DNA of 53,378 nt from an uncultured Gammaproteobacteria bacterium (GCA_964365275.1 CAYIOW010000001.1:1-53378), one strand, 5' to 3'. Shown: positions 16,699 to 25,438, numbered from the stretch's first letter. The notes: generated by a model from the letters alone, not told the origin. Program-made: numbers and translations.

Positions 16699-16733
16699 CT
16701 GTGGATAAAGGGGTCAGACCCCTTTATCCACAG
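16699..16733. repeat. 35-nt perfect palindrome containing two inverted DnaA-box 9-mers (family B)
   Basis: CTGTGGATAAAGGGGTC-A-GACCCCTTTATCCACAG. TGTGGATAA is at 16700-16708 and TTATCCACA at 16724-16732. The inner GGGGTC/GACCCC stem is flanked by AAA and TTTAT. Confidence 0.9.
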
Positions 16734-16774
16734 ACCATTGATTTTATTGGTAAAGTTCGCTACTCTTCGCGCTT

Positions 16775-18598
16775 ATGAGAACCGATTTGAGGAATATTGC
16801 GATAATTGCGCATGTGGACCACGGCAAAACAACGCTCGTGGATGCTCTTTTGAAGCAAAGTCATGCGGTTTCGGGGCATGTGGCGGAAGGGACCACGATT
16901 ATGGATTCAAACGAACTTGAACGAGAACGCGGAATTACGATTTTCGCGAAGAACGCTTCAATTATGTGGAAAGGAGTAAAAGTGAATATCGTTGACACCC
17001 CGGGTCATGCGGACTTCGGAGGCGAAGTTGAACGAATAATGCACCTCGTAGATGGCTGTTTGCTCCTCGTTGATGCAAAGGAAGGCCCGATGCCACAGAC
17101 AAAATTCGTTTTGAAAAAGGCCATTGAGGCCGGACATAAAATCCTGCTTGTCGTAAACAAGATTGACAAGAAGGATGCGCGACCTTCGTGGGTCGTTGAC
17201 CGTACTTTTGATTTATTTATTGACCTTGGCGCGTCTGACGAGCAGGCGCATTTTCCGGTTTTCTATGCGTCCGCAGTGAATGGACTTGCCGGACTTGAAC
17301 CGGATATGGTTTCAATGAAAAACATTGAACCGCTTTTGGACGGAATACTGAAGGAGGTTCCGGGGCCGGAGGCGAACGACGATGCTCCGCTTCAAATTTC
17401 AGTTGTGAATATGCGCGGGGATGCGTTCAAAGGTACGCTCGCAATCGGGCGCGTTATTGCCGGAAAGGTAAAACGAGGGCAACAGGTTGTGCAGATTGAC
17501 CGCGAAGGAAAGTTTCATCCTGCAAAAATTTCAACCCTTTTAACTTTCGGCGGACTCGGAATGACCGAAATAGGAGACGCGTCGTCCGGAGATATAATTG
17601 CGATTTCCGGAATTGATGGAATACAAATCGGGGAGACGATAGCAGACGCGGAAAATCCAAAAGCATTACCGGTTTTGGAAATTGAAGAACCGACAGTAAA
17701 GATGCAATTTTCCGCGAACACTTCGCCTTTTGCTGGAGAAGAAGGACAGTTTTGCACTTCAAGAAATGTTGAAGAAAGATTGATGCGCGAAGTTGCGCAC
17801 GATGTGGCGCTTCGTGTTGAAAAAACCGGAGACGGCACTTTTGAAGTTGCCGGCCGCGGAGAATTGCACCTGGCAATCCTGATTGAAAAAATGCGCCGTG
17901 AGGGATACGAACTTCAGGTGTCTAAACCACAGGTTATTGTAAAAGTAGAAAACGGAAAAAAGCTTGAACCGTTTGAGTTGGTTTCAATTGAAGTGCCGGA
18001 GTCGTTTTCAGGTGTTGTCATTGAACATATGGGAAAGCGCAGAGGAGAGATGAAAGATATGCGGATGGAGAACGGGACTGCGTTTTTGGATTTTGAAATA
18101 CCGACGCGCGGGCTTATCGGATACCGTAGCGAGTTTCTCACCGACACAAAAGGAAACGGGATTTTGAACAGTTTGCTTTTAGGATTTAAGGAATGGGCTG
18201 GCGAGGTGGACGCGAATGCTCACGGGTCTTTGGTTTCAATGGAACGCGGAGAAACAATGAGTTATTCTCTTTTGAGTTTGCAGGAGCGCGGGAGATTGTT
18301 CGTTAGACCGCAGGTGCAAGTGTATCCGGGAATGATTATTGGTCAGAACGCCAAAGTGGAAGATATGGATGTCAATCCGTGCAAGGAAAAAAAGATGACG
18401 AACATTCGCAGCAAAGGAGAAGGAGTGGTGGCCGGTCTGGAGGTCGCGCGCGAGCTTTCGTTAGAACAGGCGATTGAGTATTTGGGCGACGATGAGCTTC
18501 TTGAAGTTACTCCGAAAAATCTACGATTAAGAAAAGCGATTTTGGATATGAATATGCGGCGCAGGGCCAAACACGGCGAAAATGGCGATGAATCCTAA
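16775..18598 (+). CDS. typA: translational GTPase TypA/BipA
   Basis: 607 aa. Carries the G-domain motifs AHVDHGKTT, DTPGH and NKID, and has BipA-type length and C-terminal domain. Confidence 0.95.
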   Translation: MRTDLRNIAIIAHVDHGKTTLVDALLKQSHAVSGHVAEGTTIMDSNELERERGITIFAKNASIMWKGVKVNIVDTPGHADFGGEVERIMHLVDGCLLLVDAKEGPMPQTKFVLKKAIEAGHKILLVVNKIDKKDARPSWVVDRTFDLFIDLGASDEQAHFPVFYASAVNGLAGLEPDMVSMKNIEPLLDGILKEVPGPEANDDAPLQISVVNMRGDAFKGTLAIGRVIAGKVKRGQQVVQIDREGKFHPAKISTLLTFGGLGMTEIGDASSGDIIAISGIDGIQIGETIADAENPKALPVLEIEEPTVKMQFSANTSPFAGEEGQFCTSRNVEERLMREVAHDVALRVEKTGDGTFEVAGRGELHLAILIEKMRREGYELQVSKPQVIVKVENGKKLEPFELVSIEVPESFSGVVIEHMGKRRGEMKDMRMENGTAFLDFEIPTRGLIGYRSEFLTDTKGNGILNSLLLGFKEWAGEVDANAHGSLVSMERGETMSYSLLSLQERGRLFVRPQVQVYPGMIIGQNAKVEDMDVNPCKEKKMTNIRSKGEGVVAGLEVARELSLEQAIEYLGDDELLEVTPKNLRLRKAILDMNMRRRAKHGENGDES

Positions 18599-19941
18599 AC
18601 GGTAGTTTCGTCTTTCAGAAAAAAAGGCAGAAGCAATTTACTGCCATTTGACACTGATGAAATAAGCCGGGCGTTATAACCAGAAAACGCGGGAAGAAAA
18701 ACCGGTTTTTCTTTTCTCCAGAAAACCATCGCAGAAAAGTCCACATATCTGTCTTCAATTGAAACCGTGTTGCCGTGGTCTTCAAGAACGGGAGTTTTGA
18801 GCGCGGGTACGACGGCTTGCACCACCCATTGTTTCGGGTCAAACGCCGCTGACATCAATGCGCTCTGCCAGTCGCGCTCGCTCACTTCCGGCCCAACGGT
18901 TACGCCGCGCGACCTCGTTTCGCCGGCCGGCTTAATAACAAGCTGGGAATGACGACTCATAGCTTCATCCGCCGCCTCCGGAGTGAGAAGCCGCGTCCAA
19001 GGTATATGTTCGTTAATCGCGTTCACTTCATCTTCGGTGAACATTGAGCGGTATTTCGGGTCGGTCAAAATCGCAAATGTCGTTTTATATCCGAGAAGAC
19101 GGTCGCCGAAACCGTTGAAGCATCTTGCCGTTCCGGTTGACAATGCCTTCAGCAACGGTTTTACTTCTTTTGCGGACCTTGTGTATTGACCTATCTCGGC
19201 AATTCGCCTTATTGCGTCCACTTGTTCGCCGGCAATTTTCAGCACACCGTTTTCAAACGATATTTCCGAAGTCGTTCCAATCACGGTCTTTATCCCTGCC
19301 TGTTCAAACGCTCGTTGTTCCCATCTCCATTCCGAGGACGGGTAATTCATCGGCATAAGCAATCCTATTTTATTCGGCGAAAATCTTTCTTTGACGCTTT
19401 CAATAAGCTCATCGGAGAGATTCGGCGTATTCAGCAATCTCTTCCCAAAATCCGACGATATCAAAAGCGGCGCGGCGCTTTTCCAGAATGAAGTCAGCAC
19501 GGAAATCACTCCGGGATTATCCGAATTAATCTCGGTTAACATAAAACCGCGCTCGGTTGGATACCCGTCAAATCTTAAAACACCGAAAGAATCGTCTCTG
19601 GGGTTTTCGGCGTGAATCAAAGTTGCCTCCGCCTTCGGCAGAAGCAAGGTGTGGCGAATGTCGGGATTACCGTCAAAATACGCACGGCGCACCTTAATTA
19701 CCGCGTTCAATATGTGTCGCAAGTCCGCCTCGGCCTCATAGAGTCGTTTTTCTTCCATAAACACTGTGCCTAGTGACACCGGAGTCGGCAATGTTTTATC
19801 CGGAAGTATAAACGAAAGGCCGTTGCGGAGAGCCGCGTCATTCATTTCTTCGCGCGCCTCTTTCACGCGCGATTTTAACTCTTCCTGTCTTTCTTCCAGA
19901 TAGGCGCGCGTTGTTTTAAGTTCAATCAGCGGCGATAACAT
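18595..19941 (-). CDS. hypothetical enzyme, possibly ATP-grasp-like (glutathionylspermidine-synthase / circularly permuted ATP-grasp type)
   Basis: 448 aa. The segment RFDGYPTERGFMLTEINSDNPG resembles the nucleotide-binding strand of GSP-synthase-like ATP-grasp proteins. This family assignment is by eye only. Confidence 0.4.
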   Translation of the reverse strand: MLSPLIELKTTRAYLEERQEELKSRVKEAREEMNDAALRNGLSFILPDKTLPTPVSLGTVFMEEKRLYEAEADLRHILNAVIKVRRAYFDGNPDIRHTLLLPKAEATLIHAENPRDDSFGVLRFDGYPTERGFMLTEINSDNPGVISVLTSFWKSAAPLLISSDFGKRLLNTPNLSDELIESVKERFSPNKIGLLMPMNYPSSEWRWEQRAFEQAGIKTVIGTTSEISFENGVLKIAGEQVDAIRRIAEIGQYTRSAKEVKPLLKALSTGTARCFNGFGDRLLGYKTTFAILTDPKYRSMFTEDEVNAINEHIPWTRLLTPEAADEAMSRHSQLVIKPAGETRSRGVTVGPEVSERDWQSALMSAAFDPKQWVVQAVVPALKTPVLEDHGNTVSIEDRYVDFSAMVFWRKEKPVFLPAFSGYNARLISSVSNGSKLLLPFFLKDETTV

Positions 19942-19960
19942 AACGCGTCAAACTGCGAAA

Positions 19961-20866
19961 TCATGAACCCTTCAATTCCCTTCTCTTCGCATCCCACTTC
20001 TCCCAGCTTACAAGCAGAGGCGCGGCGATAAAGATGGACGAGTAGGCGCCGACTGCAATGCCTATCAGCAAAGCGAGAGCGAAGAATTTCGTGCTCTCAC
20101 CGCCGAAAATATATACGGCAACAAGCGCGAGCAAGGTTGTCAGTGTAGTGTTTACGGAACGAGCCAGCGTTTGGCGAATGGACATTTCAACCATTTCGCC
20201 AAGCGATTTCCCTTCTTGGTGAAACAGGTTTTCCCGCACGCGATCCAAAACCACAATAGTGTCGTTCACGGAATATCCAAGAATGGTTAGAAGCGCCGCC
20301 ACAAACGCAGTGCCGATTTGAACACCGGATGTTTGTCCCAATATCGCGAATACGCCGAGTGGAATAATAATGTCGTGGAGTCCGGCGAGAACGGTCAACG
20401 CGCCGTATTTCCAGCTTGAAATCACATGCCCTACTCCGCGAAAAGACCATGCGACATAAACGACAATCATTATCAGCACCAGAGCCAGCGCCGTTGCCGA
20501 CTTGTTTTTCAACTCTTGTCCGATGACAGGACCGATTGAGTCAAAACGCGCTTCCTCCAAAGCGCCGAGACCGCGAAGCGCTCCAAGCATTTTCTGATGC
20601 TCTTCCTCCGAAAGCGGCTTTGCGCGGACAATTACTCCCTGTTCGCCTGAAAGCTGAACGGAAGAAACGCCAAGTTCAAGCGAAGACAAAGCGGATTTCA
20701 CACTTTCCTGCGCTGGCCTTTCAATCGGATAAACCACTTCAAGCAAACTTCCTCCGGTGAAGTCAATGCCGAAATTCAATCCGAATGTGAACAACGCGGC
20801 AACGCTTGCCGCAACCGCGACTCCGCTCAAAACGAACCAGACGATTCTTGATTTTACGAATGACAT
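19961..20866 (-). CDS. secF: protein translocase subunit SecF
   Basis: 301 aa and 6 TM helices. Begins with the SecF-type block GLNFGIDFTGG. Lies directly downstream of secD. Confidence 0.9.
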   Translation of the reverse strand: MSFVKSRIVWFVLSGVAVAASVAALFTFGLNFGIDFTGGSLLEVVYPIERPAQESVKSALSSLELGVSSVQLSGEQGVIVRAKPLSEEEHQKMLGALRGLGALEEARFDSIGPVIGQELKNKSATALALVLIMIVVYVAWSFRGVGHVISSWKYGALTVLAGLHDIIIPLGVFAILGQTSGVQIGTAFVAALLTILGYSVNDTIVVLDRVRENLFHQEGKSLGEMVEMSIRQTLARSVNTTLTTLLALVAVYIFGGESTKFFALALLIGIAVGAYSSIFIAAPLLVSWEKWDAKRRELKGS

Positions 20867-20867
20867 A

Positions 20868-23000
20868 TTAAGCTCTCATTTCTTTAACTCCGATTAACCA
20901 CGCTTTTTTGAAGATTCCAATCCGCAAAATCAAAGCGAGAAAAATTCTTGTAACCGCAATCGCCGAAAACATGCTCATAAACACGCCGACCGTAAGCGTA
21001 AGCGCGAAACCCTGAATGAAGCTGGACGACAACCAATACAAAATGGCGCAAGCGAGAATCGTCGTAACATTTCCGTCGCGAATCGCCGGCCAAGCCCTCT
21101 TAAATCCGTTCTCAAGCGATATTGATAAAGAATGACCGGCGCGCAATTCTTCTTTCAACCGTTCAAAGATAAGAACATTCGCGTCCACAGCCATACCGAC
21201 CGACAATACGAAACCGGCAAGTCCGGGAAGAGTCAGCGTTACCGGAAGGAACTTGAAAATCCAAAGCACAAAGAGCGAATATGCGGCAAGCGCTATCACA
21301 GAGATAATGCCCGGAAGGCGATAATACAAAATCATAAATAGCGCGACGAGCACAATGCCAATTATTGCCGCGTTCAAGCTCCTGTCCAAGGATGCTTGCC
21401 CGAGTGTCGGCCCAACCGTCTCTTGCGACACTAAAGATATGGGAACGGGAAGTGCACCGGCGTTGAGGCGTTGACTTAAAAGTTTTGCCTCCTCAAGCCC
21501 GCCCAAACCGGTAATGACCGCCTGGCCTCCCAATATTTCCTGCTGAACAACTGGCGCGGAAATAACCCGCCCGTCCAAAAATATCGCAATCTGCCGGCCA
21601 ACATGCTCTTTCGTCAGTTCGCCGAAAAGTTTCGCGCCCTCGGAGTCAAATGTGAGAGTTACAAAAGGCGCTCCCGTTTGCTGGTCCAATTCAACTCCGG
21701 CGCGTTTTATGTTCCGCCCGTTTAACTGCGTGTTAACCCAATTTTCCGCGCCATTGTCCGCTCCGGGAATCGCTTTTGCGATTTCAACTTCCTGAAATGA
21801 ATATTCTTTGTACGAACGGTTGCCTCGTTTCCAGATTATTGTATAACCGCGAGACGAATCGGTAACTCCGATATCATTGACTTGCAGCGACGCAAGAAGA
21901 AATGCCGGATTCAGTTCAACCTTGTTCTGTCTGCGCCAGCCAAGGTCGCCGCCGTTCGCCGGCTTGGCGTCAGATTTCTCGTTCGCTATGGACGCAAAAT
22001 TGTCGGGCGTGATGGAGTCCTTGATTTCTCGCGCAAGCGTTTTCGCTTCTTCTTTCGTTCTCGCAACCCCTTCGCACCCGCTTGCGCCGGAATAACAAAC
22101 CACTATTTCTGAAGACAACCAGTCGTTCGCGTTACGCGTATCATAATATAGAACCACGGAATAACTTTGGTCTTTTTCCAAAACTTTTTTATAAACAGCC
22201 CCCTTCTTCGCGCCCTTCAAAGGAAGAACTTTTGAGCGGGCATCAAATTCATCAACCCATGCGCTTATTCCGTTTTGGGACGCCTGCGGGCCTTCGGACG
22301 ATTCCTTAACTAACCCGTCAAACGACTCTCCGGTAAGCGCTCTCGTTAAAATAGTTTCAGCGCGGCTTTTCGCTTTGTCGTTATATTCTTTTTCGGCATC
22401 CGTCGGCGCCACATCATTCTCCGATTCTATCGGCGGCCGCTTGAATTCAAGGATTGGCGTCTCTCCGATTTGTTTTATCGCCTCGTTAACATCGGAGATT
22501 CCCGCCAATTCAACGATTACGCGGCTTGAACCGCCAGAACTCGTGGTTTGTACCACCGGCTCCGCGACTCCGAAAGCGTTCACTCTTCGCTCAATAACAT
22601 CTCGCACGCCTTCAAGCGCCTCGTCCCGCCTTGATGGCTCAATGTCCGTCATATTCGTCGTATACACCAAGTGCGAACCACCGAGCAGGTCTAAACCGAG
22701 ACGAAATGGTCTTTCGGTGACTTGAAGGAACGAAAGACGGCCTGCGGTTTTGTTCCAAGTCCCCGGAAACGATGTTGCAGCCGCACCCAAAATGAGCAAA
22801 ACGAGTACTATTGCCAAAATTGGCTGGCGCCACCTAGACGGCGCACTCGTATTGATGGTTCGCGCCTTTGCCTCCCTTTGAGCACGAAGAATATCCTTGT
22901 ATGACATAAGTGGTGGAAGTGTAGCGGGAAGTGAGGGAAGAATCAAGGAATCAATGAATCGTTGAACGAAAAAGGCGGCCGAAGCCGTCTTTTTCAACAT
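20868..23000 (-). CDS. secD: protein translocase subunit SecD with a large insertion in the periplasmic P1 domain
   Basis: Carries SecD blocks (LGLDLLGGSHLVY, RVNAFGVAEPVVQ, TVGPTLG) and a C-terminal 6-TM RND-like domain. A parvulin-like sequence is inserted at about aa 188-410. The start is uncertain (23000 or ATG 22907). Confidence 0.9.
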   Translation of the reverse strand: MLKKTASAAFFVQRFIDSLILPSLPATLPPLMSYKDILRAQREAKARTINTSAPSRWRQPILAIVLVLLILGAAATSFPGTWNKTAGRLSFLQVTERPFRLGLDLLGGSHLVYTTNMTDIEPSRRDEALEGVRDVIERRVNAFGVAEPVVQTTSSGGSSRVIVELAGISDVNEAIKQIGETPILEFKRPPIESENDVAPTDAEKEYNDKAKSRAETILTRALTGESFDGLVKESSEGPQASQNGISAWVDEFDARSKVLPLKGAKKGAVYKKVLEKDQSYSVVLYYDTRNANDWLSSEIVVCYSGASGCEGVARTKEEAKTLAREIKDSITPDNFASIANEKSDAKPANGGDLGWRRQNKVELNPAFLLASLQVNDIGVTDSSRGYTIIWKRGNRSYKEYSFQEVEIAKAIPGADNGAENWVNTQLNGRNIKRAGVELDQQTGAPFVTLTFDSEGAKLFGELTKEHVGRQIAIFLDGRVISAPVVQQEILGGQAVITGLGGLEEAKLLSQRLNAGALPVPISLVSQETVGPTLGQASLDRSLNAAIIGIVLVALFMILYYRLPGIISVIALAAYSLFVLWIFKFLPVTLTLPGLAGFVLSVGMAVDANVLIFERLKEELRAGHSLSISLENGFKRAWPAIRDGNVTTILACAILYWLSSSFIQGFALTLTVGVFMSMFSAIAVTRIFLALILRIGIFKKAWLIGVKEMRA

Positions 23001-23009
23001 TTCAGGATA

Positions 23010-24686
23010 TTACTTTCTAATCAATTGCATCTTGTCCAGATAAAGCGTTCCGCCTTGCGGGACTTTTCCGAAGAAGAGTGAAAGGCGTTCAGCGGTGTTA
23101 GAATATGGCAACGAGCGAGAGCCGCGAATAGAAACGCATTTCCAGCCATCGTTTGCTGTCGCCGGAACCTCATATTCCATCTCGCGAATACCGCTTGTTG
23201 ATACGCGTTCTTTTGCGAAGGTTATTGGAACCGAACCGTTCGGTCCAACATATTTCACCCAAACGGCCATTTCGTATTTTTCGCCGTTGCCAAAGATTCC
23301 GTTAACATCGTAACCGATGGCTTCATCAAACATATCGTAACCGGAATTTCGCGGATTCGTAACACCCAAAGACCGCGCGCCTTCCTTCGCTTGGTCAAAA
23401 GCCCAACCGTTTACTAACGCGCCGAAATTGTAATCCGGACCCGAAGACAAAACCGTGGAAGACCATGTCGGAAGTAAAGAACCGAATCCGAAGCGCGAAT
23501 CAACCGTGTCATACGCCTCAAACCCTGTTTTTGAAATCACATACTGACTCGCAACCGTTCCACAAGCATCCGGAGATACATCTGTGGTTGTGCGACGAGT
23601 ATCGTAAAGCGATTTATCGGAAAGCGGATATGTGAAGAGCATTGAACCAAGACCGGACGGAGCAGGATATTGGTCAAACATTATTATTTCCGTTTCAACA
23701 AGCTCCGGTCCGTTTGCGAAATAATATATCCCGTCCGAGAACATAACATACTTATTCTTCGGAGGCGCTAAACGACCTTCTTTGTATCCGGCTATTGTTG
23801 AAAGAGGCACTGTGACCAATCTTGACCAATTCGGGTCGTATGTTAGGTATGTTTTTGCGTCTCTAAAAGCATGACGCGTTCCATTGTTACAGACAAGCCA
23901 AATCGTTGGACTCTCCGACGCCTTCAAAAACTGATTACATACAACCGAAAAAGGTGTCGGCGGAACTACCGGCGGAGTCGGAGGAATAACGGGCGGAGTT
24001 GGCGGTGGATATGATGGAGGAGTTGTAAACAATCTTGTAATATCCGGTAGCAAGTCCGTATAAAGATGTTTTCGATATTCCGATTTAATGCGATTTGCCT
24101 GCGCTTTAGAGCGTACAATTATGAACGCCGGTTCTTTGAAGTTCGCTGACTTTCCGTCATATGTTTTTCCGGCGTAGAGCGCCTGATTCAACGAAACTAT
24201 TACATTCTTTGCTCCGGTTGGGATTTTGAAAACACCGTATGTAACCGCCCACTTGCCGTCCGTTGTTCCACGATGACGAGTGGTTGTCTTTTCTAAATAT
24301 TGGAGCACCTGACCGTTTCCATCCGTGTACATCCCATAAACATACGGGAGACCAGTAATATCGCGCTTGCCATTTTGCGTAATCTCGTCCCTGACATCTT
24401 CCGCCTTCGTGTACGAAATCAAAATACCGTAATCCCTTTCCGCGTATGCCGGAATAGAGATTGTCTTCGTGGCTGACGATGTTTCGTTTCCTATGGACAC
24501 GAGAGTAACCTCGCTCCCGCTCGGGTTTCTGCTCGCTTGTCCGCGGAGTGTCCATTCTTGCCCGTCTGCAAGCAAGTTACGCGGAATATAATAAGAAAGC
24601 GCGTTAGCTGAAGCTGCCGTGCTTCCAAAAACTACTAATGTAAGCGACAATACTGCTATCGCCTGCTTCAATATACGGCTATTCAT
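23010..24686 (-). CDS. secreted protein of unknown function with a proline-rich linker
   Basis: Start at ATG 24686 gives a signal peptide (MNSRILKQAIAVLSLTLVVFGSTAASANA). Contains the internal PPSYPPPTPPVIPPTPPVVPPTP linker. The ORF-track start at 24755 lies inside a palindrome. Confidence 0.6.
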   Translation of the reverse strand: MNSRILKQAIAVLSLTLVVFGSTAASANALSYYIPRNLLADGQEWTLRGQASRNPSGSEVTLVSIGNETSSATKTISIPAYAERDYGILISYTKAEDVRDEITQNGKRDITGLPYVYGMYTDGNGQVLQYLEKTTTRHRGTTDGKWAVTYGVFKIPTGAKNVIVSLNQALYAGKTYDGKSANFKEPAFIIVRSKAQANRIKSEYRKHLYTDLLPDITRLFTTPPSYPPPTPPVIPPTPPVVPPTPFSVVCNQFLKASESPTIWLVCNNGTRHAFRDAKTYLTYDPNWSRLVTVPLSTIAGYKEGRLAPPKNKYVMFSDGIYYFANGPELVETEIIMFDQYPAPSGLGSMLFTYPLSDKSLYDTRRTTTDVSPDACGTVASQYVISKTGFEAYDTVDSRFGFGSLLPTWSSTVLSSGPDYNFGALVNGWAFDQAKEGARSLGVTNPRNSGYDMFDEAIGYDVNGIFGNGEKYEMAVWVKYVGPNGSVPITFAKERVSTSGIREMEYEVPATANDGWKCVSIRGSRSLPYSNTAERLSLFFGKVPQGGTLYLDKMQLIRK

Positions 24687-24730
24687 AGTGGAGAATATAT
24701 AACATTTTCTGGGGATTTTGTCCAGTATAG

Positions 24731-24764
24731 GTACCAAAAGTGTCCGGCCGGACACTTTTGGTAC
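24731..24764. repeat. 34-nt perfect palindrome GTACCAAAAGTGTCCGG|CCGGACACTTTTGGTAC
   Basis: Has 17-bp arms and lies 45 nt upstream of the 24686 start. TTTTT follows it on the plus strand. Related to family A through the AAAAGTG/CACTTTT half sites. Confidence 0.85.
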
Positions 24765-24791
24765 TTTTTAATTTACGAGATCAGTCTTGTC

Positions 24792-25028
24792 TTACCAGAA
24801 CTGTGGATAAAGGGGTCTGACCCCACGACATGCTATGGACACGAGAGTAACCTCGCTCCCGCTCGGGTTTCTGCTCGCTTGTCCGCGGAGTGTCCATTCT
24901 TGCCCGTCTGCAAGCAAGTTACGCGGAATATAATAAGAAAGCGCGTTAGCTGAAGCTGCCGTGCTTCCAAAAACTACTAATGTAAGCGACAATACTGCTA
25001 TCGCCTGCTTCAATATACGGCTATTCAT
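24792..25028 (-). pseudogene. truncated duplicate of the 5' end of the secreted-protein gene
   Basis: The first 65 codons are identical to 24492-24686. It then reads into the upstream region of copy 1 (..ACRGVRPLYPQFW*). It may still be expressed as a short secreted peptide. Confidence 0.5.
24801..24824. repeat. family-B half element (CTGTGGATAAAGGGGTCTGACCCC)
   Basis: Perfect DnaA-box 9-mer at 24802-24810. Preceded by CAGAA, as in the 48923 copy. Confidence 0.85.
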
Positions 25029-25072
25029 AGTGGAGAATATATAACATTTTCTGGGGATTTTGTCCAGTATAG

Positions 25073-25106
25073 GTACCAAAAGTGTCCGGCCGGACACTTT
25101 TGGTAC
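25073..25106. repeat. second copy of the 34-nt palindrome (within duplication copy 2)
   Basis: Identical to 24731-24764, offset by 342 bp. Confidence 0.85.
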
Positions 25107-25142
25107 TTTTTAATTTACGAGATCAGTCTTGTCTTACCAGAA

Positions 25143-25166
25143 CTGTGGATAAAGGGGTCTGACCCC
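25143..25166. repeat. family-B half element (duplicate copy)
   Basis: CTGTGGATAAAGGGGTCTGACCCC, with the 9-mer at 25144-25152. Confidence 0.85.
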
Positions 25167-25191
25167 ACGACATGGGTTAGACCCCTTTTTT
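25154..25191. terminator. hairpin with flanking A/T runs downstream of the 79-aa gene
   Basis: GGGGTCT (25154-25160), 18-nt loop, AGACCCC (25179-25185), then TTTTTT on the plus strand. On the minus strand the same stem is followed by TTTAT. Confidence 0.5.
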
Positions 25192-25198
25192 GCCTAAG

Positions 25199-25438
25199 CT
25201 AATTAGTATGAACCGCGCCTGATTGTTTCACTAAGTCAAAATGATCTAAAAAACAGGAATGTAGCGGTTCGGGCCACTTCCCTTCTTCAACCCAAAGATC
25301 CGCGCCTTGCACGAAAGTTCCGGCGCCAGGTATCGGTCCAGGTCTCACCACCGAATCAATATCCTCCGTTGCTAAAACTTGGGACGCCAACTCTGCTTCG
25401 GCGACATTTTCAAAGTGTTGAAGAAAAACGAGAGACAT
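25199..25438 (-). CDS. hypothetical small protein (possibly DUF2007-like)
   Basis: 79 aa. The N-terminal pattern FENVAEAELASQVLATEDI loosely resembles DUF2007 proteins. This is weak evidence. Confidence 0.4.
   Translation of the reverse strand: MSLVFLQHFENVAEAELASQVLATEDIDSVVRPGPIPGAGTFVQGADLWVEEGKWPEPLHSCFLDHFDLVKQSGAVHTN

Larger units (their letters stand above)
24491..25174. repeat. perfect tandem duplication, 2 x 342 bp (24491-24832 and 24833-25174)
   Basis: The two copies read identically base for base. Each holds the first 65 codons of the secreted-protein gene, its upstream palindrome and a family-B half element. Confidence 0.9.

Noticed and set aside
15494-16708. Numerous ORFs on both strands inside the GC-rich islet (15494-15850, 15654-15845, 15682-15876, 15742-16035, 15882-16328, 16046-16249, 16063-16311, 16381-16581, 16448-16708)
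   Set aside because: Long open frames in all phases are expected in DNA above 60% GC. Only the 15684-16586 frame has an SD, a signal peptide with lipobox and a terminator.
16586-16775. The idea that the GC-rich lipoprotein gene is an integron cassette, with the 35-nt palindrome as its attC
   Set aside because: The palindrome is not flanked by RYYYAAC / GTTRRRY core sites. It is perfect rather than imperfect with extrahelical bases. No intI gene or cassette array is present.
24687-24755. Longer N-terminus (MSGRTLLVPILDKIPRKCYIFST) for the secreted protein and for its duplicate (25029-25097)
   Set aside because: The extension would start inside the 34-nt palindrome and would precede a perfectly good signal peptide starting at MNSRILK. 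It is probably untranslated.
23010-25174. Diversity-generating retroelement or variable-repeat explanation for the duplicated gene segment
   Set aside because: The two copies are identical, with no adenine-specific differences. The duplication covers the promoter and N-terminus rather than a C-terminal variable region. No reverse transcriptase is present in the window.
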